A stretch of DNA of 64,000 nucleotides from Candidatus Cloacimonadales bacterium (GTDB lineage Bacteria; Cloacimonadota; Cloacimonadia; Cloacimonadales; DAONDQ01), in the NCBI GenBank assembly GCA_963662275.1, contig OY759316.1, positions 128,001 to 192,000 of the forward strand, in the 5' to 3' direction. Under the pieces are notes generated by a model, which saw only the letters and a list, made by a program, of their open reading frames with translations, was not told the origin of the DNA and ran no database searches. The translations under genes and the position numbers were made by a program. Positions 9,460 to 20,625 of this stretch are shown here, piece by piece (the stretch's first letter is position 1; each line of letters starts with the position of its first letter).

Positions 9460-11118
9460 TTAACCTCCTAAAGTAGGCGCTACATTGCATTCCCCGTCTT
9501 TATTCAGTCCCCAGGCGACAATTGAACCGTCCGATTTCATAGCAAGGTTGTGAAAGTAACCTGCAGCAATGGCAATGAATTGATTACCTACGGGAACTTT
9601 GCATTGACCCTCGCTATTATCTCCCCAGGCAACAAGTGAACCATCCGACTTCAAGGCAAGACAGTGAATGGCTCCTGCTGTTATGGCACTAAAATTATAG
9701 CCAACAGGAACATTGTACTGTCCATCCCTATTATCTCCCCAAACAATCAAGGAACCATCCGACTTCAAAGCAATGCTGAAATATTTTCCTGCTGCAATGG
9801 CAGCGAATTTCATACCCTTCGGGACATTGCATTGACCATGATCATTAGCTCCCCAAGCAATGATAGAACCATTACTCTTCAATGCTAGGCTATGATATTG
9901 TCCGGCTGAGATGGCAATGAAATCATTACATTCCTGTTTATCGCATTGACCATCATCATTACAGCCCCAGGAAATTAATGAACCATCCGTCTTCAAGGCA
10001 AGACTGTGAAATCTTCCTGCTGCTATGGCAGTGAAATGATGACCCGTCTGTATAACAGATTGCCCGGAATAATTTGAACCCCAAGCTTCCATTGAACCAT
10101 CCGACTTCAACGCCAGGCAATGGCTTAATCCGCCAGCAATGGCAGTGAAATTATTACCCACTGGAAAAGTGCATTGACCATGATCGTTCAATCCCCAGGC
10201 TGCTAATATGCCATCAGTTTTCACGACAAGACTAAAACAATTACCGGCAGCTATTTTACCGCAACTATCATTATGGATGGGAGATGATTCAATTGGCAAA
10301 TGTGCAGATAATCTACGAAGTATTTCCTCTCCGGATATACGCAAATTGCTTTCCTTCTGAGTCATTGCCTGGATCAATGATGCAGTTCCATCACTAATCT
10401 GCGGATAGATGCTCCTCGGATCAGGCAGAGGTTCATTGACTATCTTATTCATAATCGTTAATTCGCTATCAGTATCTGCATTATAAGGAAGCTGTGTAGT
10501 CAGCATTTCGAATAGAGTTACCCCAAGAGAATAGATATCTGTTTTTGCATCAACATTATTGGCATCATTGACCTGTTCCGGACTCATATAACACATAGTC
10601 CCAATCCGGACACCTGTTTGTGTAATACCCCTTTCTCCCAACATAAGGGCTATGCCAAAGTCCAGGATCTTTACATTGTCCCAAGCATCTAAAATGATAT
10701 TGGATGGTTTAATGTCCCTGTGTATGATCTTTTTGTCATGAGCATAATCCAAAGCGTTCATGATTTGCCTGAATATATAGAGCGCTCGCTGTTCCGGGAT
10801 AGCCCCGGTTTGACTGATTAAATCCTTGATAGTGATTCCGGCAGCATATTCCAGCACCATATTATAGACACCATCTTCTATGAAGAAATTGTGCAAAGTT
10901 ACGATATTGGGATGGCTTAGTTTTGCCTGGATACGTGCTTCATTGATAAACCTCTCAGCAAACTGGGTATCTGTGGTTAAGGATGGATTTAGTCTTTTAA
11001 TGGCTACCTGTCTGCCTAAAAGTGTTTCCTCAGCCAGATAAACCTCACCCATACCACCTTTACCGAGTAAGGATAAAATATGATACTGATTGATATTCTG
11101 CCCAATCTGAAATGTCAC
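9460..11118 (-). CDS. Hanks-type Ser/Thr kinase fused to RCC1/BLIP-II-like repeats
   Basis: GKGGMGEV, VAIK, HRDIKPSN, DFG and YMSPEQ. About 7 repeats of AIAAGxxHSLALKSDGSxxAWGxNxxGQ. Confidence 0.93.
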   Translation of the reverse strand: MTFQIGQNINQYHILSLLGKGGMGEVYLAEETLLGRQVAIKRLNPSLTTDTQFAERFINEARIQAKLSHPNIVTLHNFFIEDGVYNMVLEYAAGITIKDLISQTGAIPEQRALYIFRQIMNALDYAHDKKIIHRDIKPSNIILDAWDNVKILDFGIALMLGERGITQTGVRIGTMCYMSPEQVNDANNVDAKTDIYSLGVTLFEMLTTQLPYNADTDSELTIMNKIVNEPLPDPRSIYPQISDGTASLIQAMTQKESNLRISGEEILRRLSAHLPIESSPIHNDSCGKIAAGNCFSLVVKTDGILAAWGLNDHGQCTFPVGNNFTAIAGGLSHCLALKSDGSMEAWGSNYSGQSVIQTGHHFTAIAAGRFHSLALKTDGSLISWGCNDDGQCDKQECNDFIAISAGQYHSLALKSNGSIIAWGANDHGQCNVPKGMKFAAIAAGKYFSIALKSDGSLIVWGDNRDGQYNVPVGYNFSAITAGAIHCLALKSDGSLVAWGDNSEGQCKVPVGNQFIAIAAGYFHNLAMKSDGSIVAWGLNKDGECNVAPTLGG

Positions 11119-11322
11119 AGGCTCTCCTTCTGAGATCGTTTGTTAAATATGCATATGATAATACATTTTGTCAATAGGTGATTTGTCCTCTATGAATCCA
11201 CTTAATTAATACCAAGTTCAATCCAAGCTCTTAGACTTGGAATCTTGCAGGATTGTATTTGGTAAGTAATAGGATTGCAGTTGGTATAATATATGCGGCT
11301 TGAAAAAGGATTCTTATGAAGT

Positions 11323-11397
11323 GTAGAGACGACCTACAAGGGCGTCTCATGCAAACAGTCAAATAGTAGAAAGACGCCCAAGTTGGGCGTCTCTACG
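11323..11397. repeat. GTAG-type REP pair
   Basis: gtagagacgacctacaagggcgtctc ... agacgcccaagttgggcgtctctac. Confidence 0.6.
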
Positions 11398-11545
11398 AAG
11401 TAATTCGACTACGTTCAATGACCGGAATACAGCGCTCCAAGGACTCTTTACAAGAGCAGTTTGTGAAGTGTAAAATAATTCTCTTGCCCATTTCCTGTGT
11501 TTTCTCTTTTTACAAATTAGGATAATAATAAATAGAAAGGATAAA

Positions 11546-13993
11546 ATGATGAAGTCTATTTTTCTTTTATTTCTATTGATGACCTGTATTTCATTGTTTG
11601 CCACAACCATCATGACACAGAGTGAAAAGCAACAGTGCTATGAAATGCTGGAAACGCAAGCATTTGATTCCACTTCCGTCGATTTCTTGAAAGACTGGTC
11701 AACAGATACGGATATGAAACTCCCCGTTGTCCTCGATATCCTGCAGCATCCTTTTCATTATCCGAATCTTGTTCAGGAATTAGATGATACAATACAAACC
11801 GATCAATTTCAAAACCTTCTTCCATTGTTCCAGCATTTTCTTAATGCTGATAATAGCAATATCATGAATTACTTCAATTCTTATCATGTTTTTTTTCGTG
11901 ATGTGGTAAAAGAACCTAAGGACATTTTCGAATATGTAAAAATGGTCTATTCTGATGCAGAAGATAATTGGAAACTTGCCTGGAAGACACTTTCAAGTGC
12001 TGAAAAAGAGAAATTAATCTATTTATCCATTTCTCTCTGGCAGGAAAATGAAGATTCTTTGAAATATCAGGCTTATACAAAAAAGAATCACATCAAGACT
12101 TCTCAAGAAATGGATATGGAGAAGATTAAGCCTTTGTTGAAGAAAGTGAATATGTCTGCTTTAATAAATGCTGCTATCCAGATGCAGGCAGGATTCGATG
12201 TCCTACATCAGGATCTGAAAGACAAAAACTTCCATTTTGGCAAAGAAATGATAGAGCAGAGTAAATGGGGCGATCTGATTATTGGTAGTTCAAAAGATGA
12301 CTCTTATCGCAAGTCTGTTGCTTTTTTACTGGAACCGAATGGTAATGATCATTATTTTCAAAGCATTAATACTGATTTTGAGCATCCTTTTTACTGGATT
12401 ATTGATATGAATGGAGACGATGAATACTATAATCCGGACATCAACGGTATTTTCAGGGTATTCGCTGGGATTGGGATTCATGCTGATGATGAAGGTGATG
12501 ACATTTATAGAGGTGATGATGGTATGATGTCAGCATTTTACGGGTATCAGTGCAGTATTGATGAAAAAGGAAATGATCTTTATCGTGGTGGTTCTTACAG
12601 TCTTGCTGCTGCAACATTCGGTATTTCCATTGTAGAGGATAAAGCGGGTAATGATAACTATTCCTGCACTTCCAATGGCGAAGGATTTGGAGGAACAATG
12701 GGTATTGGTATGATTGCCGATTATGAAGGTCATGATATGTATTATGCTGGTGGGAACTATCTTCATGCTCCGCTGGCTCCACTCGACCAAAGAACGCTCT
12801 CACAGGGATTTGGATTTGGGGTAAGACCTGACTTCGGTGGAGGAATCGGAATACTTTATGATGGAAAAGGCAATGACAGCTATCGTGGTGGCGTATATGC
12901 CCAGGGGGTTGCCTATTGGTATGCTCTCGGGATACTAATCGATAAAGAAGGCAACGATACGTATGATGCTGTCTATTACCCGCAGGGAAGCGGAATACAC
13001 CTGGCAGGAGGCTTCCTCTTCGATGGTTCAGGAGAAGATCATTACTATTCAAAGCATGGACCTGGGCAGGGCGCTGCCCATGATTTCGGTGTTGGTTTCT
13101 TCATTGATCGTGCCGGGAATGATGAATACTCAGTGGAAGGCGGATACGGACTGGCACTGACAAACTCCGTTGCTGTCTTTCTTGATGTCAGTGGTGATGA
13201 CAGATATGAAAGGAATAATGAATCTAACTATGGGTTTGCCAATGAAGCTCGTGACAGCGGTGGCTTAGGAATGTTTCTCGATACAGGCGGTAAGGATTAT
13301 TATGCGAATACTTTCTGTCAGAATGATTCTACATGGCAGAGAGGGACATATGGATTTGGCAGGGATATTGACCTGGTGAAACCCGAAAAGACTGTGATAC
13401 AGGAAATGGCTGAAACGGCAGCAGCAGTCGATAGTACTGCATCTATTTCTGATCTGTTCAAGATTGCCTGTGAATGGGAAGTCGGCAGTGCTCAAAAAAG
13501 AGTGCAATATGCCAGGGAATTATTACTTAAAAGACCTGTCGAAACTGCAGAATATATCTACAAGAATGCAATGACTTCCAAGGATGGGCTAGTATACAGA
13601 GCCATTCAGACTTTCGCTGAAAAGTCTCCTGAATTGAAAAAGTACTTTCCTCAAGGATTGGAGAATTCGGATAGCCTTGTCATCAAAACAACGATTTCAT
13701 TAATTGGTGATCTTAAGGATTCCACTTATGTTCCACAACTTGCTGTTTTTTTACAGAATAAAAAATACGTAACTGCTGTTCTTTCTACTCTCGGTGACTT
13801 GGCAACTGATCAGAGTATTGATTTATTAGTAACTTACATGCATTCCACTATAGAAAAGGAGAGAATTACCGTTGCCAGGGGATTCAAATCCATCAACAAA
13901 CCAAGAGCAAAAGAATTACTGCATGACATGGCAAATGACCCCTCTTTTCTGATCCAGGCAATGGTTCGATTACAGGAAAAGAAAAAGCCTTGA
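11546..13993 (+). CDS. Secreted protein with multiple DxxGxDxY repeats and a C-terminal HEAT-like helical region
   Basis: Signal peptide, more than 10 D-x-x-G-N/D-D-x-Y repeats with Gly-rich linkers, and a helical C-terminus. Confidence 0.75.
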   Translation: MMKSIFLLFLLMTCISLFATTIMTQSEKQQCYEMLETQAFDSTSVDFLKDWSTDTDMKLPVVLDILQHPFHYPNLVQELDDTIQTDQFQNLLPLFQHFLNADNSNIMNYFNSYHVFFRDVVKEPKDIFEYVKMVYSDAEDNWKLAWKTLSSAEKEKLIYLSISLWQENEDSLKYQAYTKKNHIKTSQEMDMEKIKPLLKKVNMSALINAAIQMQAGFDVLHQDLKDKNFHFGKEMIEQSKWGDLIIGSSKDDSYRKSVAFLLEPNGNDHYFQSINTDFEHPFYWIIDMNGDDEYYNPDINGIFRVFAGIGIHADDEGDDIYRGDDGMMSAFYGYQCSIDEKGNDLYRGGSYSLAAATFGISIVEDKAGNDNYSCTSNGEGFGGTMGIGMIADYEGHDMYYAGGNYLHAPLAPLDQRTLSQGFGFGVRPDFGGGIGILYDGKGNDSYRGGVYAQGVAYWYALGILIDKEGNDTYDAVYYPQGSGIHLAGGFLFDGSGEDHYYSKHGPGQGAAHDFGVGFFIDRAGNDEYSVEGGYGLALTNSVAVFLDVSGDDRYERNNESNYGFANEARDSGGLGMFLDTGGKDYYANTFCQNDSTWQRGTYGFGRDIDLVKPEKTVIQEMAETAAAVDSTASISDLFKIACEWEVGSAQKRVQYARELLLKRPVETAEYIYKNAMTSKDGLVYRAIQTFAEKSPELKKYFPQGLENSDSLVIKTTISLIGDLKDSTYVPQLAVFLQNKKYVTAVLSTLGDLATDQSIDLLVTYMHSTIEKERITVARGFKSINKPRAKELLHDMANDPSFLIQAMVRLQEKKKP

Positions 13994-14042
13994 TAGTTTG
14001 TCAGTTCTCTATAATCTGACTATACTATGAACAGGCAGGTTT

Positions 14043-15323
14043 ATGCGATTAAATAAGATTGAAACAAGAACATTCATTCTCTTGATGATCTCCACGTTCT
14101 TCAATGGGTTCATCATGAGTTTGGGAAACATCCAGGATATTATCTCCAAAAAGACCTTCCATGCCCTGGATTGGCAACTAACTCTGTTAGCTATGGTATG
14201 GCCTGTATCGAATTTTATCTCCATCTGGTGGGGACAGATTTTAGAACATTCCAAACATAAAGCACGCTATTTCCTTCTCGTTGCTGTGTTGGGAAGACTG
14301 GTTCTGATCACTGGATTGTGGATTGTTAATATGAATGAGTTCTTAATTCTATTAACCTTCATGTTTTCCTTCAGCTCTTTACTGATACCTGCTACCAATG
14401 CCATTTACCAGGAAAATATCGGTTCCAATAATCGTGGACGTGTGTTTGGCTTTACGGTCAGTCTTTCTACATTAATTTCTATGATTCTTACTTATGTGGC
14501 AGGTAGAATCCTTGATATAAACGAAAATTCATTCCATGTGATCTTGGTTTCGGCAGGTATTGCAGGATTTTTAAGTGCTTTAACTCTCTCTTTTATCAAA
14601 TTTGATAAGAATTATCAGAAACCGAATTTGGAAAGAATGTCTCATCGTGATTTTGCTTTTACTCCCATCAAACGGATGATGGAAATATTGAAAACAAATA
14701 AAGAATTCGCTAAATTCGAAAGGAATTTCTCTGCCTATGGTATGGGTTTCATCATTATGCAGCCTGTACTACCGATTTACATGGTACAGACTCTGCAATT
14801 GAATTATACTTCTAATTTCCTGGCAAAAGGGATATTATCTCAGATGGGGGTGCTGCTTCTTTCTCCGATATTGGGTAAATTGCATGATAAATTTCATCCT
14901 CACAAATTCACAGCTTTGTCTTTTGGCTCTTTAGCATTATTTCCAGCACTGTTTTTGTTATCAGGTATGATGCCTACTCGCTTTGGGGCTATCCTGCTTG
15001 TGAATATCGCCTTCGTCTTCTTCGGAGTTGCCATGACCGGTGTGAACCTATCCTGGAATATGGGTACGATCTATTTTGCCGGTAAAGGGGAATCTCCCAT
15101 GTACCAGAGTGTGCATGTGACTCTCACCGGTATACGAGGTGTGGTAGCTCCCTTGTTGGGTCTTATCCTGTTAAGGCTTTTCGGAATTTTCAGTGTCTTT
15201 ATTTTTGCATTCTGTGCCCTTCTTTTTGCTTCCTGGCTTAGCTATCGTGATTATAAGAATGTTAAAGTTAGTTCTAAAATTACGGAGAATGAGGAAAGCT
15301 ATAATATTGAGAATCCGGCATAG
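14043..15323 (+). CDS. MFS transporter
   Basis: About 12 hydrophobic segments, RGRVFG and GKLHDKF loop motifs. Confidence 0.85.
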   Translation: MRLNKIETRTFILLMISTFFNGFIMSLGNIQDIISKKTFHALDWQLTLLAMVWPVSNFISIWWGQILEHSKHKARYFLLVAVLGRLVLITGLWIVNMNEFLILLTFMFSFSSLLIPATNAIYQENIGSNNRGRVFGFTVSLSTLISMILTYVAGRILDINENSFHVILVSAGIAGFLSALTLSFIKFDKNYQKPNLERMSHRDFAFTPIKRMMEILKTNKEFAKFERNFSAYGMGFIIMQPVLPIYMVQTLQLNYTSNFLAKGILSQMGVLLLSPILGKLHDKFHPHKFTALSFGSLALFPALFLLSGMMPTRFGAILLVNIAFVFFGVAMTGVNLSWNMGTIYFAGKGESPMYQSVHVTLTGIRGVVAPLLGLILLRLFGIFSVFIFAFCALLFASWLSYRDYKNVKVSSKITENEESYNIENPA

Positions 15324-15665
15324 GAATAACTAAAAAATTAAAAATTGAGAGGGGAACGCCTCACCCTGTGAGGTGGCAAAACGCACCCCGTGTGTTTGTC
15401 TCCTTGAGTGATAGGAAAACTAAGGTTTTGGAGTTTATAAGCGATATGAAGTTCACAATCAGCTTTTCAAACTCACCGATACTATGCTTCGACTACGCTC
15501 AGCAACCACCACCTCTCTTTATCCAAAGAGAGGAATGGATAACCCGCATCCTGTCTGATTTCCCTCCCTTTGGGTAAAGGGAGAGATTAAGGGTGAGTTT
15601 GATTCTGCAACTGTGAACGTTACATGAAAGCTAAACACTGGGGAAGTAACAGGAGAATAATTATC

Positions 15666-16376
15666 ATGAATGCTGTCGAATCATTAACATCCGATCTGCA
15701 CCAATATTCCAGACCGGAACGCATTGAAGCTTGTGCTCATTTCTTCAAAGCATTTCCAGGAGGTTATGGCGGAGAAGACACTTTTCTTGGCATTTCCGTA
15801 CCAGACCAGAGAAAAGTAGCTAAAGCCTATTATAAACAAATCACTCTTGATGAACTTGCTGAATTGCTCTGCCAGCCAATTCATGAGTATAGGCTGACAG
15901 CACTGATGACTTTAGTTTATCAGTTTCAGAAATCAAAGACTGAAGCAGAACGTACAGCGATAGCTGATTTCTATCTCAAGCATCTCGATTGGGTGAACAA
16001 CTGGGATTTGGTCGATGCCAGCGCTCCTTATATTCTTGGACCATACTTTCTGGATAAAAATACTCAAGTTCTTGATGATCTCGTTTCCACCAATGATCTT
16101 TGGAAGCAGAGAGTTGCCGTTCTTGCCACTTTCGCTTTTATTCGTGTCGGCAAGTATGAATTGACTTTACGTTTTGCAGAAAAACTACTCACTCATAAGC
16201 ATGATCTCATTCACAAAGCTGTGGGTTGGATGCTGAGAGAAATAGGCAATCGGAACTCCCAGGTGGAACATAATTTTTTAGAACTGCATTCACAACAAAT
16301 GCCCCGTACTATGCTGCGTTATTCCATTGAGAAGTTCCCTGAAGAGACAAGACAGTATTTTATGAGAAGAAGGTAA
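15666..16376 (+). CDS. DNA alkylation repair protein (AlkD-like glycosylase)
   Basis: NNWDLVD, HDLIHKAVGWMLRE and MPRTMLRYSIEK motifs. Start taken at ATG 15666 after AGGAGA. Confidence 0.88.
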   Translation: MNAVESLTSDLHQYSRPERIEACAHFFKAFPGGYGGEDTFLGISVPDQRKVAKAYYKQITLDELAELLCQPIHEYRLTALMTLVYQFQKSKTEAERTAIADFYLKHLDWVNNWDLVDASAPYILGPYFLDKNTQVLDDLVSTNDLWKQRVAVLATFAFIRVGKYELTLRFAEKLLTHKHDLIHKAVGWMLREIGNRNSQVEHNFLELHSQQMPRTMLRYSIEKFPEETRQYFMRRR

Positions 16377-16403
16377 CAGCTGACAGATAACAGGTTCAGA
16401 TGA

Positions 16404-16493
16404 AGACCCCCCTACCCCCCTTCTCAAGGGGGGATTTCTTTGTTCCAGCCTCAAGTAGACTATCCCCCCTTGAGAAGGGGGGTAGGGGGGTCT
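16404..16493. repeat. Inverted pair of family-C palindromic repeats
   Basis: An approximately 32-bp arm (agacccccctacccccc..ctcaagggggga) and its reverse complement about 26 bp downstream. Confidence 0.85.
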
Positions 16494-16509
16494 ATTTTAC
16501 TCTATTACT

Positions 16510-16845
16510 CCTTTTTATCAGTATCCATAACTGCTTCCAAATAGTTCTCTGGATTAACCGAACCACTTCAATTCCGGAATAAGCCTTACAGAAAGGAATT
16601 GGTGTTTTGACTTTTTATTGGGATTCCATTTCACTTCAAAAGCATTCATGACAGCGTTATGTATTTCGATAAGGTCGATTTCCTGTTATGAAGTAGTACG
16701 CCAGAAGTAATGTTCAAATGTAGCACGTTTATTCAGCATGTATTTGCGTCTTTCAGTAATAACGTAGTTTTCCCATAAAGCACCTGAATCGTTACGAAGA
16801 TCAAAGTATTCCTGATACCGTTGTCCCAAGAAAAGTAGTAATTTG
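16510..16845 (-). pseudogene. Degraded C-terminal fragment of an AAA+ ATPase (DUF4143-type)
   Basis: Translation across frameshifts and a stop: WDNGIRN / DLRNDSGALWENYVITERRK..YFWRTTS*QEIDLIE..AFEVKW. Confidence 0.65.
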
Positions 16846-16975
16846 GGGTGTGCGCTCCCTATATTAGAATTATCTGTTCTGATTCATCCGAACCTGTGAC
16901 CTGTTACTTGTAAGCTGTCACCTTTTGCCAGCTCTCCCACTTCGTACTTCGCACCTCGTACTTCGAACTTTCAAA

Positions 16976-19900
16976 TCACTGTGCTATCCTGCATACACGG
17001 AAGCCATTGAAATAGCCACTTCCAGTGGGGTAATTCCAGTTTCGCCACGTAACTGCACAGTTGGAAGCAGAACCGACGATACTGCCACCACGTTTCATAC
17101 GGTAGGAACCACTTGCGGATCCATGGGGATTATTCTGTGCTCCACTCGGGTAGGAGGAGGCATAGATATCCCAAACCCACTCTTCGACATTCCCACTCAT
17201 ATCATATAGCCCAAGCTCATTTGCAGTCTTTGTACCAACTATATGAGTATAACTTACAAATGAATAATACCAAGCCACAGCATTACAATCATTGCTTCCG
17301 CTATAAGTGTAATTATGTGTCTGGTTGCCACCTCTTGCCGCATACATCCATTCCATTTCAGTTAGAAGTCGATATCCATTTCCTGTCCAATTACATGAGA
17401 CATTGATATGATTCGCATTGTTTGTATTCCATCCTACAGGCCAGTTCGTAGGATTTGTTCCATACGAGGCGTAGCTATATGAAGGCGTCAAACCTTCGTT
17501 TAGGCTTCTTCTATTACAATACTCTATGGCATTGAACCAGGTAACATACTCTACAGGAAGATTATTCATATCAGAATGGCTTGAAGGATTCGTCCCCATA
17601 GTTGCAAGATATGCATACTGTGTGATTTCATATTTATCAACGTAAAATGATGATATTGTCACATTTGATGTCCCGTTATTAAAAGTACCACCTTCCACAC
17701 GAACAAAGCTTGTATAAAAGGTATATACGGCTGTTGCCGTCTGAGAGTTTGCCCAGTTTGTTTGATAAGCTTTGGCTTTGAGAATAGTTGTCGAAGTGAT
17801 GCTGATCGAATTCTGATAAAGAGCAGAGCTTTCTGTAGGCTCACTGCCATTGATTGTATAATGAATTTGTGCGCCTTCGGTAGCGCATAAGATACTTACC
17901 GTTTGATTGGAGGAATAAACTCCACTTGTGAGAGTAAATGTAGGTGTACTTACTGTTAAGTTGATTATGTAATCAGCCTTGGTAATAGCAGATATGGTCC
18001 AGCCGGTCTTATAAGCAACTGCTTTTATTGTTTGACTGACACTTACAGTAAATGGACTGCTATATATTGTACCTGAAGTTGGAGAGGGCAGTGAACCATC
18101 AGTTGTATAGCGAATAGTTGCACCGGGAGTGTTTGAGCTAATAGTAACTGTCTGCGGGGATAGATATGTACCGGATGACGGAGAAATGACAGGATTATCA
18201 ACTGTATATTGATCATACCTGCAAACACGGAAACCGATTGTTGAAGAACCTACACAAGCTTCTCCTGCTCCGTTAAGGCAAGTAATAAGACAGTTCTCAG
18301 GCGGACTCCCCCAACTGCCACCCCGACATGAGTGATAATATCCTGGATCTGACTGCATTGGATCCCCCAAAATTATATCCCAACACCATTCAGCGACATT
18401 GCCAGACATATCAAATAAACCAAATTCATTGGGTGATTTTGTACCAATAGCATGCGTGTCATTGTTCTCAAATCCCCAATTTTCTAAATACCAAGCCACA
18501 GTATTTATATCGTTGCTTCCACTATATGTATAATTATGCGTTTGATTGCCACCCATTGCTGCAAATTCCCATTCTGAGGAGGTGGGAAGATGATAGCCTT
18601 CTGTCATATTGCAAAAGATAGAACTTGAATTATTAGAATAAACTATGTTCATTCCATTAAAATGATAATAACTGCCGTTCCATCCTACAGGCCAGTTTGC
18701 AGGATTAGTTCCATAATCCGTGCCATCGTTATATCTATAATAAGGTGTTAGACCTTCATTCATGCTTCGTCGATTACAATATTCTATTGCATTAAACCAG
18801 GATACTGTTTCAACAGGACCATTTGTTACACTTGGAAACGAAGATGGATTCATTCCCATCACTGCTTGATAACCAGCTTGTGTCATCTCATATTTATCAA
18901 GATAAAAGGATGATACTGTGACATCTGATGTTCCATTGTTATAAGTACCTCCTGCAATAAATGCGAAATTTGCCTGATTTGGAAGAATAATCGCGTAATA
19001 GGCTGTTACTGTTTCAGAAGGTGTCCAACCAGCTTTAAAAGCTTTTGCTTGAAGAATCGTCGTTTGTGTAATACTGATTGGAACTGAATACAGAGCAGAT
19101 GACGATATTGGATCACTGCCATCTGTCGTGTAGCGTATTTGAGCACCATCGACGCTGCACAGAATGCCAACAGTCTGTGAAGTAGTATATGCTCCGGAAG
19201 TAAGAGTAAATGTTGGAGAAGTAACAGTTAGATTTATCATGTAATCAATTGCAGAGATTGAGGATGGATTAAGCCCAGATTTGTAGGCAATAGCTTTGAT
19301 AGTTTGACTGTGATCCACTGTTATTGGTGAAATGTAAACTGTACCCATTGTTGTGGAAGGTGTTGATCCGTCAGTTGTGTAACGAATGGTTGCCCCAGGA
19401 GTGTTTGATGTAATTGTAACAGTTTGTGGTAAAAGATAGCTTCCCGATGGTGGAGAAAAGATTGGTGCCAGTACACAAAGTTGTTCGTTCCTACAAACAC
19501 GGAAACCGACATCATAATTACTATAAGTTGCGTCATATCCCCTGGCTGAAACGGTTCCGTAGGTAGAAATTAAACCCCAGCAGCCACCTCGCACTGCACG
19601 ATATTCACCGATCTCGGGTCCATGAGGATTAATTTGTGGACCGCTTGGATAATCGCCACAAAAATCCCATGTCCATTCCCACACATTACCTGTCATGTCA
19701 TTAATACCAAGCTCATTCGTAGCTTTAGTTCCAACAGGATGAGAAGTATTACCTGAGTTGTTATAATACCAAGCTACTACATTGGCATCATTGCTTCCAC
19801 TGTAAGTGTAATTATGAGTCAGGTTTCCACCTCTTGCTGCAAACTCCCACTCTGCTTCAGTAGGAAGCCGATAGCCATTTGCCGTCCAGTCGCAGGAGAT

Positions 19901-20458
19901 GTTGTTATAATAATTATTATCATAATGAAATATAGAGTTCCAATCTATAAACCAAATATTTATGTTATTGCCATAGTCAATGCCGTTCGAAATATAACTG
20001 TAACATGGTGTTAAACCATCCTGCATACTTCTCCGATTACAGTATTCAATTGCATCAATCCAATACATATAATAAATAGGATAATTATCACCAGTACCAC
20101 ATCCCGTACGAGGTTCTCGACCAACAACAGTGCGGTAATTAGCTTGGGTAACTTCATATTTCTCAAGGTAAAAAGATGATACTGTCACAGTAGATCTACC
20201 AATGTTGAAAGTACCACCTTCTACAAAGATAGAGTTATCGGGAACTGAATTACTCACTGGCCTAACTCTGTAAAAATGAAAAGAATTCTGTATAGATTTA
20301 GTCCAAGTGGTTGTTCCTCTTGCTGTGGCAAAGCTGCCTGTGGATGAGATATCCGTAAAATCAGTATCAATCTTATTAGAGCCTTCCACAATATAGCTTG
20401 AAGCGTTAGAGACTGCAGACCAAGATAAGGTAATCACTCCACCAGTGATATGAATTGT
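16976..20458 (-). pseudogene. 3' part of a 1216-aa secreted protein with 3 FGE-sulfatase and 4 chitobiase/Fn3-associated domains, interrupted by IS21
   Basis: ORF 16976..20437 lacks a signal peptide. It joins in frame with 23141..23312 once the IS and one TTGT copy are removed. Confidence 0.85.
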
Positions 20459-20625
20459 TGAATAATATTATGAATTTGAGCCATGAGTATTCCCAAGTTG
20501 AGCCAGTGCTCCACTATAATTGAGCCAGGGAATATTCTACTTTGAGCCACCTTGCATAAATCAGAGTGTGATTAACCATGTGGCAATGCGCTGAAGAGCG
20601 CAAATAACACAATGGAGGTCACAAA

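Noticed and set aside
20474..20552. ttgagcca repeats as an independent regulatory array
   Set aside because: They are mirrored at 23049-23105 and are explained as IS21 terminal transposase-binding repeats.
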